Origin: Flavobacteriaceae bacterium
Lineage (GTDB): Bacteria > Bacteroidota > Bacteroidia > Flavobacteriales > Flavobacteriaceae
Direction: 5' to 3'
NCBI GenBank assembly: GCA_026710085.1
Contig: JAPORT010000050.1
Coordinates: forward strand, 3,227-67,226
DNA length: 64,000 bases
The notes beneath the pieces were generated by a model. That model did not search any database and had not been told where the DNA came from. It saw nothing but the letters and a program-made list of their open reading frames with translations. Position numbers and translations under genes: made by a program. Shown piece by piece: positions 40,264-48,269 of the stretch. Each line of letters opens with the position of its first letter. Position 1 is the first letter of the stretch.

Positions 40264-40296
40264 GTTACGAAAAGGATATACTTCCCCTTTTTAAGG
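40264..40296. repeat. inverted-repeat arm A (GTTACGAAAAGGATATACTTCCCCTTTTTAAGG)
   Basis: Aligns with the reverse complement of 38775-38805. It overlaps a small perfect hairpin AACCAC-TGA-GTGGTT (40252-40266). Confidence 0.65.
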
Positions 40297-40302
40297 AGAA
40301 GT
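40280..40302 (-). terminator. hairpin downstream of ATPase paralog 2 (RNA: ACUUCUCC-UUAAAAA-GGGGAAGU), followed by a U-containing tail
   Basis: 8-bp stem with one G-U pair, 9 nt after the stop codon. The tail AUAUCCUUUUCG is only moderately U-rich. Confidence 0.35.
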
Positions 40303-40311
40303 TGTCCCTTT

Positions 40312-41367
40312 TTAAGAGAACACTTTAAGGTTGTTTTCATATTCTTGAAGCATCCAAGTCCGCAACGATGGAATGGGAATCTGGTAAAATCCATCCGAAC
40401 GCATCTGTAAAATACCTTTTGAAATCACTGTTTGGAAAGTTTTTTCGGGGTCTTGAAATCGTTGCACTTTTTTTAAATCCAATAAAGCATCAACTCCGCT
40501 GATGAGATTCTCGTTGATTTCATGATCGAATAGAGCATGAGATATCGCTATCCTTTCGGATGGTTTCCATTCATCAAAAAGTCCTTGATAATACTCCTTT
40601 TTCTTTTCACGCGATAGGACTAATATCTTATCCAATACATCTTCGGTTAACTGTCCATTATTCTTTTGAACAAGTCTTGAAACTATCTGTCCATAACAAG
40701 AAAGATAATCAGGCCATTGATGCGTTTCATTAGTTAAAGTATGAATCCATTGGCCTAACTTTGGATGATCCGGATGGACACCAGTCCCTTTGACTAAAAA
40801 ATCTTGAAGGATGTGCTTTTCGGCTTTTTTATCCAAAGTTTCCAATCGGAAAACACAGCCACTATTGAAACGTATGATTCGAAACTCATGGAAGAAACTC
40901 CGAGTATGAGTCAATCCGGCCATCAATAGAATCAGGCCATGTTCCGTATGGAGATTATGTAATTGATTTAATACGCTAACGGTTTGCATGATTTTAGAAT
41001 GTTCATGCCGATAGCCGACACCCAGCAAGTGGGCATCATCCAAGACCAACAACATCGGTTTTTGAATGGCCTCAATAGTTCTGGATATGCTTGGAAAAAG
41101 GCCATCCGTTTTGGCTTCACCGAATAAAATCTTTTGGAGGGAATCGATACACCATAAAGATTCTAATGTTAATGTTGCTACCGTCCAACCACTCTTTTCT
41201 CCTACTTTTTCGAGTTCTCTTAGTAATGCTGTTTTACCAACACCAGGTGCTCCTTGCAAAAGCACCGTGTACCCTTTTTGACTTTTTTGTGATAAGACTA
41301 CAATCGATTGGAAAGCATGGATTTCTTGTTCTCTTCCATGAAAATAATGGGCTCTTCCACGATTCAT
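40312..41367 (-). CDS. P-loop NTPase (AAA+/archaeal-ATPase-like), paralog 2
   Basis: AHYFHGREQEI, Walker A QGAPGVGKTALL, Walker B LLVLDDAH, C-terminal DGFYQIPIPSLRTWMLQEY. Colinear with paralog 1 over its whole length by eye. Confidence 0.7.
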   Translation of the reverse strand: MNRGRAHYFHGREQEIHAFQSIVVLSQKSQKGYTVLLQGAPGVGKTALLRELEKVGEKSGWTVATLTLESLWCIDSLQKILFGEAKTDGLFPSISRTIEAIQKPMLLVLDDAHLLGVGYRHEHSKIMQTVSVLNQLHNLHTEHGLILLMAGLTHTRSFFHEFRIIRFNSGCVFRLETLDKKAEKHILQDFLVKGTGVHPDHPKLGQWIHTLTNETHQWPDYLSCYGQIVSRLVQKNNGQLTEDVLDKILVLSREKKKEYYQGLFDEWKPSERIAISHALFDHEINENLISGVDALLDLKKVQRFQDPEKTFQTVISKGILQMRSDGFYQIPIPSLRTWMLQEYENNLKVFS

Positions 41368-41409
41368 AACGATGACGTTTTTTTTCAGAATGCATCCTCA
41401 CAAAGCTAA

Positions 41410-41425
41410 GAGAATGATCATTCTC
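41410..41425. promoter_or_regulatory. perfect 16-bp palindrome GAGAATGATCATTCTC (central GATC) in the ATPase-2 upstream region
   Basis: Seen directly. It lies 15 to 43 nt upstream of the two candidate start codons and looks like an operator. Confidence 0.35.
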
Positions 41426-41510
41426 AGAATTGAACTATTTTTAACTATGCAATGACCACTTTAGTGCATAATCACCAAACATTTGATATGTCTGTTGAAT
41501 TCAAAATGGT

Positions 41511-42484
41511 ATGCTTGAATTAATATTCCAAAAAATAGTCAATTTTTTTGGTATTCATCGATTTTTTCAAATACTCAATGAAGGAGATGATCATCAATTT
41601 TTGACTTATCACGGCATTACCTCAATCATCGCTCCAATAACCCCCCTTTTAATGGCTTGTGAATTTATCCTGGGATTGGTCTATAAAAAAACCCAAACCA
41701 AAATTTGTCAAGTCCTTTTCTTAATCGATGTCTTTAATCGAATAGTTGGTCGATTTATTGCCATTGCTATGGTGACAATTTGTATCGGACTATTGGAACC
41801 TTGGGCCATCATCAACACCTCTAATACTTGGTATTGGTTTATCTATAGCTATATTATTTGGGAACTAGGGCATTTTATAGACCATTATTTGGGACATAAA
41901 GTTCACTTATTCTGGCGCTTGCATGCCACACATCATACATCAAAAGGAATGACTTTATTTGTTTCACACGCCCATTTTTTTCTTGAAGCTCCCTATGCTG
42001 ATTTAATTAGAATCACCATTTGTGTTCTATTGGGAGTGGATTCAACGGTACTATTGATCATCATGTTTATGGATGGCACTTATCGAACTTTGATTCATGT
42101 GGAAAAAAATTTAATCAAAGATGCTCGATTTGGTTTTCTCAATAAAATCATGCTTGCCCCCTCTCACTACCGAGTCCATCACGCGAAAAACCTACTTTAT
42201 ATCGATACGAATTGCTACAATTTATTGAATATTGAGGATAAACTTTTTGGCACACATCAAGATAAAAAAAAGATGTTGCCATTGAATATGGCGTGATGAA
42301 AAAAATCAAATCTGAAAATTTTATCGATATTTATTTTGGTAAAATCTTCCGGTTAATCAAAGTCGTTTATGCAGTGCCTGGGGGTTTAACAAACTCAACT
42401 ATGTCTTCTACCCATCCGTATGGAATCACTTGGGAACCAGTAAAACCGCTGAGGTTATTCACCAAAAATACCTGCGAAAAATAA
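41511..42484 (+). pseudogene. fatty-acid hydroxylase/sterol desaturase family membrane protein, frameshifted at an A8 run
   Basis: Histidine boxes HFIDHYLGH, HATHH, HYRVHH. The expected C-terminal continuation ...DVAIEYGVMKKIKSENF is in another frame after A8 (42264-42271). The usual WD before LFGT reads ED. Confidence 0.55.
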
Positions 42485-42681
42485 AAACCCGTTAGATGAA
42501 TCAATCAACTCTGTGGATGCTGAGCATTGCTTTAATCCTTTTATCCATAGTGATTTCAATATTCACGAACATTGGATTATTCATTCTGTTTCTACCCTTA
42601 GGTTTGTTATTCTTTAAAAGAAAAAAATCCAATTAATTTTACAATGAACATGATTTAAAAGTTTTTTAAAATTCAAGAAAC

Positions 42682-42975
42682 ATGAACATCAAAACACACA
42701 GTCAAATCATTCAGTTTTTATCAGAACAAAATCACGATTGGAACATTGACAATGATGGTCAATTAGAAATCGTCTTGGCCTTTGAAAACTATCTCCAAAC
42801 TTTTGGTCAAGCGTCTCAAATTGCTTTGATATCAGAGCAAATGGACCATCATCCAACCCTAATTATTGATTACAATAAACTAGCCATCAAAATCAAAACC
42901 CATTCTGAAAATGGAATCACTGAAAAAGATTTTGAATTCGTTAAAAAAGTTAATCAGACGCTGTCAACCAATTAA
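42682..42975 (+). CDS. 4a-hydroxytetrahydrobiopterin (pterin-4a-carbinolamine) dehydratase
   Basis: 97 aa with the DHHP motif (EQMDHHPTLIIDYNKL). Confidence 0.8.
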   Translation: MNIKTHSQIIQFLSEQNHDWNIDNDGQLEIVLAFENYLQTFGQASQIALISEQMDHHPTLIIDYNKLAIKIKTHSENGITEKDFEFVKKVNQTLSTN

Positions 42976-44479
42976 CTTTTGGATCTCTGTAGAAATGAAT
43001 CCCCAACTTTTCGAATAGCTTTCCATGGATGGCTAAATCTTTTTTATACTCGTCCCAAGTTCTGGAATCCCCTCTTTCTGACCATCCAATTTCAGCATAA
43101 CCTAATAATCTTGGAAATGCTAAATATTCTATGTCGTCGCTATTCGTGATGGTTTCACCCCAAAGTGGGGCTTCAATCCCGATGATATTTTCTTTTTCAA
43201 CTCCTTCAACCAGTGTTTCTGGTGTCCAACTATATGCTCTTTGGGTATCGATATATCCAGCCCAGTGATATCCTATTGGCGTTAAAGAATCGTATTTCAT
43301 ATCCAAATAAGCATAACTGGCAGGAGACATTAAGACCTTCGCTCCTTTTTGGACTCCATTGACTGCATTTTCAGTATTTGCCCAATATTGAACAACTGCA
43401 TCTGGTGGTAATTCACCTAGATTGATTTCATCCCATCCAATCACTTTTTTGCCATATTTTCCAACTAGTGGTATGACTCGATTGATGAATTGAATATAAT
43501 CTTCTTCTGGTGTGGCATGGGTTTCATCTCCACCAATATGAAAATAAGGCCCGGGTGTGATTTGGGAAATTTCTCGAATCACATCTTCGACAAACTGATA
43601 GGTTATTTCTTTATCGACACAAAGGGTTGAAAAGCCTACTTCACGTCCATAGTATCGATCTCTTTTTTTATTGTCACAATTTAATTCAGCATAAGATGCT
43701 AATGCTGCATTCGTGTGACCAGGCACGTCAATTTCTGGAACAACCGTGATGAACCTCTCAGCAGCATATTGAACAATATCTTGGTATTCATCTTGGGTAT
43801 AAAATCCTGCTTCTCCACCATCAACTTGTGATGTCCCTCCGATTTCTGTCAACAAAGGCCAACGATCAATGTGAATTCGCCATCCTTGATCATCGCTCAG
43901 ATGCATGTGAAAATAATTGATTTTATAAAATGCTAGCTGATTAATATATCGCTTCACTTCATCAACCGAAAAGAAATGTCTTGCCACATCTAACATGGCC
44001 CCTCTGTAGGAGTATTTGGGAAAATCGATAATCAAGCCACATCCTATTGAATGCTCCCCTTTCAAGTAAAGCATTTGCCTAAGAGTTTGCCATGCTCGAT
44101 ACACCCCCTCATCTGATAATGCAGATATCGTGATGCCATGTTCATGTATTTCTAAGTGATATGATTCTTCACTTTTCAAATCCAAAGTTGTATCGATAAT
44201 GATTTCAAGTAAAGTCGATGCATCATCCGTACCTTGGTCTGTTATGATTTGTTGCCATTGTTGAGTGATTCGATTTTTTAAATCTTCATTTTGATTTGTT
44301 TTCCAATTGAAATCAAGCTTTGCTCTAATCTGAAGGGACCCAGATGCATCTTCGATTTGATTGACTTTTGGAATCAAAGCAAATTCACTTATGGACTTCA
44401 CTGAATTTTCGGAATGAGACACATGATGACATCCAATCAATAACCATAAGCAAATAGCGGTTAAAAAAAACCGACTCAT
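42950..44479 (-). CDS. beta-N-acetylhexosaminidase (GH20), lipoprotein
   Basis: Lipobox LLIGC. GH20 core RGAMLDVARHF, HMHLSDDQGWR, HIGGDE. Confidence 0.9.
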   Translation of the reverse strand: MSRFFLTAICLWLLIGCHHVSHSENSVKSISEFALIPKVNQIEDASGSLQIRAKLDFNWKTNQNEDLKNRITQQWQQIITDQGTDDASTLLEIIIDTTLDLKSEESYHLEIHEHGITISALSDEGVYRAWQTLRQMLYLKGEHSIGCGLIIDFPKYSYRGAMLDVARHFFSVDEVKRYINQLAFYKINYFHMHLSDDQGWRIHIDRWPLLTEIGGTSQVDGGEAGFYTQDEYQDIVQYAAERFITVVPEIDVPGHTNAALASYAELNCDNKKRDRYYGREVGFSTLCVDKEITYQFVEDVIREISQITPGPYFHIGGDETHATPEEDYIQFINRVIPLVGKYGKKVIGWDEINLGELPPDAVVQYWANTENAVNGVQKGAKVLMSPASYAYLDMKYDSLTPIGYHWAGYIDTQRAYSWTPETLVEGVEKENIIGIEAPLWGETITNSDDIEYLAFPRLLGYAEIGWSERGDSRTWDEYKKDLAIHGKLFEKLGIHFYRDPKVNWLTASD

Positions 44480-45829
44480 CTAAATCAATTTCAGGTTTAT
44501 CGGGTCCCACTGAATCACCTTTTTTTGATGATAGCTATCATTGCACAACAACGCTGGAGCAGCAGCACGAAATCCATAAATCGGATCTTGAATCACTGGC
44601 GTTCTCGTTTTGATAGCATAAATCAAAGCTCCATGATGATCAAAATGCGCTCCCCGATAATTATCTTCGACCTTGTAAACGGTTTCATTGGGAGGTAACA
44701 TTTGTTTTCGAGGGTTTGAATAACCCATTAATCTCATTTTTTTTCTCTCTTTTTGTGTGATGTTTTGAGCTGCTCTTTTGTTTTGTTTCAATCGAACCGT
44801 GTTCCAACCAACATCCATAGAGCCTTCACTGCCTACTAATCTTAAAATATTGCTTTTGGTTGTGGGATCGACAAAATTGCAATACAAAGACAAATTAAAT
44901 CCAGGATGGCTCTCTGTTTCGGGATAATTAAAAATACCGAGCATCACATCAGGAACCTCTCGGCCATCTTTCCAATATCTCAATCCGCCTAAGGAAGAAA
45001 TAGTGTTTGGTCCTATGGAATCAACCACAAAATGTAAGCTAGTGAATAGATGAACAAATAAATCTCCAGACATTCCCGTCCCATAATCCAAATAGTTCCT
45101 CCATCTAAAAAAACGTAAAGGATCAAATTCCCTTTGAGTTGTATTCGATATAAATCGTTTCCAATCAACATTTTTTTGATTTCCATCTTGAGGTATGCGA
45201 TATTGCCACGCTCCTGAAGAAGAATGTCGAGCATAGATGGCTTCAGCATAATTTAAATCCCCAATCGCGCCCTCCATTAATAATTCTTTGGCTTTTTCAT
45301 TTCCAGGTGAAGACATCCCCTGGCTGCCAACCATAAATATTTTTCCAGAATCTTTCCATGCTTCAATCAATTGATTTCCTTCTTGAATGCTATGCACCAT
45401 CGGTTTTTCACAATAGACATGCTTTCCTGCTTTGAGCGCATCGATACCAATTTGCATATGCCAGTGGTCTGATGTGGCTATAATGACAATGTCGACATCA
45501 TCTCTTTTTAATAATTCTTCATGTTTTTTAGTCAGAAACAACTCGGTACCAAACTCTTTTTCAATCGAATTGAGACGCCCTTGGTAGAGATCACAAACTG
45601 CTGTTAACTTGGTATGATGGTGTCTTAAAGCAGTACGAATATTTTGAAGACCCATACTACCAGCACCGATTAATCCATACCTCAAAAATTCAGAATTCTC
45701 TTGTTTGTATTTTCTATTGAGTATGTAGACTTTTGGATTGCTCTGGGATAAAAGTTCATTGGTACTGAATAATCCAGCGCCAACTAATCCTACATTTTTT
45801 AAAAATTTTCTTCGGTTGGAAAGTTTCAT
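44480..45829 (-). CDS. Gfo/Idh/MocA family oxidoreductase with twin-arginine signal
   Basis: MKLSNRRKFLKNVGLVGAG Tat motif, Rossmann GLIGAGSMG, and EKP motif (YCEKPM). ATG 45829 overlaps the upstream stop by 4 nt. Confidence 0.85.
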   Translation of the reverse strand: MKLSNRRKFLKNVGLVGAGLFSTNELLSQSNPKVYILNRKYKQENSEFLRYGLIGAGSMGLQNIRTALRHHHTKLTAVCDLYQGRLNSIEKEFGTELFLTKKHEELLKRDDVDIVIIATSDHWHMQIGIDALKAGKHVYCEKPMVHSIQEGNQLIEAWKDSGKIFMVGSQGMSSPGNEKAKELLMEGAIGDLNYAEAIYARHSSSGAWQYRIPQDGNQKNVDWKRFISNTTQREFDPLRFFRWRNYLDYGTGMSGDLFVHLFTSLHFVVDSIGPNTISSLGGLRYWKDGREVPDVMLGIFNYPETESHPGFNLSLYCNFVDPTTKSNILRLVGSEGSMDVGWNTVRLKQNKRAAQNITQKERKKMRLMGYSNPRKQMLPPNETVYKVEDNYRGAHFDHHGALIYAIKTRTPVIQDPIYGFRAAAPALLCNDSYHQKKVIQWDPINLKLI

Positions 45830-46434
45830 GGGACAATGGGTTCGAGTTTGATCTCTCTCCACCGAATTTTGATGCCCCCACCATCATGAATTTGTAATGC
45901 AATCGATCCCTTGCCAGCCCCTATTTTTTCATCCTCCAAATGAATCATTTGTGTTCCATTAAGCCAAGTAGTGATTTGATCTCCATCCACTTTGATTTTT
46001 AATGCATTCCATTCATTTTCATTTAATACTTCTTCTAGTTCGGGTTCTGGTTTGATGAGCCATCCCCTCCCATAAGATTCATAAATACCACCCGTATGGC
46101 GTCCTTTAGGGGCCACTTCCACCTGCCAACCGGAAATTCTGATTCCTTCAATGGTGGATCGGACAAAGACCCCACTGTTATTATCTGATTTCGATTCTTG
46201 TTTAAATTCTAAATTCAAAATAAAATCTTGAAAATGATCTTGGGTCACTAAATAACCATATTCTTTTTGTGGACTGCTTTCACAAACTAAATGTCCATCT
46301 TCAACATACCATAATTCCGTACCATGGATATTCCATCCTTGAAGATCGATACCATTGAATAAACTGATTTCTTGTGCTGTTGTATAAAAAACAACAGCCA
46401 CAGAAAAAATCAGCGAGCGTTTCATATTTTTCAT
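45826..46434 (-). CDS. DUF1080 (3-keto-disaccharide hydrolase-like) secreted protein
   Basis: Signal peptide, NGIDLQGW...WYVEDG...NSGVF...EVAP/QIHD pattern typical of DUF1080, commonly paired with Gfo/Idh/MocA. Confidence 0.75.
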   Translation of the reverse strand: MKNMKRSLIFSVAVVFYTTAQEISLFNGIDLQGWNIHGTELWYVEDGHLVCESSPQKEYGYLVTQDHFQDFILNLEFKQESKSDNNSGVFVRSTIEGIRISGWQVEVAPKGRHTGGIYESYGRGWLIKPEPELEEVLNENEWNALKIKVDGDQITTWLNGTQMIHLEDEKIGAGKGSIALQIHDGGGIKIRWREIKLEPIVP

Positions 46435-46480
46435 ATATTAGATTAATGTATTTGCTAAATTAGTTGAATATAACTTGTTT

Positions 46481-48247
46481 CTATTGAGTGAATCGATGCG
46501 ATTCATTTGCTTTTGATATTTGATTTTGAATGAATGATTTGGATTGATTATCGAAAATGATATACAATTGATGATTGGCTCTAGTACACGCTACATAAAG
46601 TGCATTTTTGCGTTTTTCAAAATTGGATTCATTACAATCTGAGATCAATAGGACCACATCATTTTCCAATCCTTTAAACGATTTAATGGTGCTATGGGTC
46701 AGTCCTTTTGTTTCGATAAAATCTTGAATGATTTTAGAATCTTCTAATAACGTATTAGCAAATATCTTTCGAGTTAGAATCGTCACTCTTTCCAAAGGAA
46801 TTTTTTCTCTAAGTTGTTCCAAGATCGCAATCACTTCTTTCAATTGTTTGGATTTCGTGGGAAATCGAAGATCGACCTGCTTTCCTAGAATGGATCGATG
46901 AATTTCTTTTGGAATGGGGTGTCCCGATAATATTGAAGCAAATGCAGCAATTTCCCTAGTATTTCTGCAATTAATCGTTAATTTCAAAATAGTGAATTCC
47001 GTTCGCTTCAAAATGAGTTCGATCAACTGATCCCCATCAATCTCATTAAAAAGCCCTTGTCTGTAAAAATCCCCAACAAAACAAAAACTGCCCTTTTCTA
47101 ACCCTCCCACAAGCGCGGCATCAATAACATCGAGATAATTTGGTTTTAATAAATCTTGGGCTTCATCAATGACTAGATAATCCAACTTCTCTTTTTCAGT
47201 CCAATGACTCGATTCAATAAGAAATTCAAGGGGTAGGTCTTCATTAAAAAACTGGTTTTGTTCTTCTGGAGACATTTTATCGACTTGAGTCTCTTGATGG
47301 ATATGATCAAACATAAAACTATGAAATGTTTTGACATACCTCAAGTTAGGAAACTCATTTTGTAACTGTTTGAGTTTCTTTTTTAAATGATTGGCCAATG
47401 AATTCGTAAAACACATAAAACCCACTTTTTTCGATTCTTTGAGCTTTCGATAAACCATTTCCATCGCCATCAAAGTTTTACCAGTCCCAGCTGGTCCTTC
47501 AATTAATACTCTTGGGTTATAACGTGTTTGTTCTAGAATATCAAATTGTTCTCGAGTATATTGATTGATTAAATTTTTGGAATCAATCATCCGGTTGATT
47601 TCACTATAATCAAATTCAAAATCCCCCCTCAGCAATTGAAATAACTGGTAACAATCTTTTTGACTTGGTCGCGAGTCTGTTTTAGAGTACCACCGACAAG
47701 TGGACAAATTATGATATTTATGATGCCAGCCATGACTTAGTTTTTCCATATAACCGCTGATTGGCTTCGCAATATCTCGTCGGTCAAATATTTGCCATCT
47801 TTCAGCTTCAGGTTCAAAGAAATGATGATTTATTTCAATGCTTGTAAAAGCTACACCGTACCCCCACAATCTATTTTTAAAGTTTTGATTTAGTTTCGGA
47901 TGAGTCTTGATTTTGGTTTCGACATAACTTTTGATTGATTGCATGGTTTTATTAACTTGATCAAATGGACTTCGGTTTTTGATAAACGTTTGTTGATTTC
48001 GATTGGAATAAATCCACTGTCCATCTTTTCGCTGAACGTTACCATGTTTGACTTCAATAGCAAAAAAGCCATGATTTGGCAACAAGATTAAAAAATCTAA
48101 CTCACCCGATACCCTTTTAAAATGTTGACTACAAAAAACTGACGGCAAAACAAATGCATCATGCATTTTGGGGTCTTGACTGAATTTTTGAGCCAATATT
48201 TGCTCCCCAATCGAATTGTAGTTTCTGATATTATTGGGGTAGAGCAC
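46481..48247 (-). CDS. NERD nuclease-domain + SF1 (UvrD/AAA_19-like) helicase fusion
   Basis: N-terminus ELDFLILLPNHGFFAIEVKHG (D...ExK NERD core), Walker A EGPAGTGKT, Walker B LVIDEAQDL, C-terminus KGLENDVVLLI...YVACTRA. Confidence 0.8.
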   Translation of the reverse strand: MLYPNNIRNYNSIGEQILAQKFSQDPKMHDAFVLPSVFCSQHFKRVSGELDFLILLPNHGFFAIEVKHGNVQRKDGQWIYSNRNQQTFIKNRSPFDQVNKTMQSIKSYVETKIKTHPKLNQNFKNRLWGYGVAFTSIEINHHFFEPEAERWQIFDRRDIAKPISGYMEKLSHGWHHKYHNLSTCRWYSKTDSRPSQKDCYQLFQLLRGDFEFDYSEINRMIDSKNLINQYTREQFDILEQTRYNPRVLIEGPAGTGKTLMAMEMVYRKLKESKKVGFMCFTNSLANHLKKKLKQLQNEFPNLRYVKTFHSFMFDHIHQETQVDKMSPEEQNQFFNEDLPLEFLIESSHWTEKEKLDYLVIDEAQDLLKPNYLDVIDAALVGGLEKGSFCFVGDFYRQGLFNEIDGDQLIELILKRTEFTILKLTINCRNTREIAAFASILSGHPIPKEIHRSILGKQVDLRFPTKSKQLKEVIAILEQLREKIPLERVTILTRKIFANTLLEDSKIIQDFIETKGLTHSTIKSFKGLENDVVLLISDCNESNFEKRKNALYVACTRANHQLYIIFDNQSKSFIQNQISKANESHRFTQ

Positions 48248-48269
48248 CGTATTGAATTTTAAAACTTAT

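Noticed and set aside
38775-40296. Invertase-driven DNA inversion switch of the M-R cassette using the inverted repeats.
   Set aside because: No serine or tyrosine recombinase gene lies in or near the island, and inversion would not obviously change promoter-gene connectivity. The repeat is kept as an observation only, not as a called invertible element.
42950-42975. 26-nt convergent overlap between the pterin dehydratase and GH20 3' ends, considered as possible antisense regulation.
   Set aside because: Short convergent overlaps are common. There is no structure or motif beyond the two stop regions.
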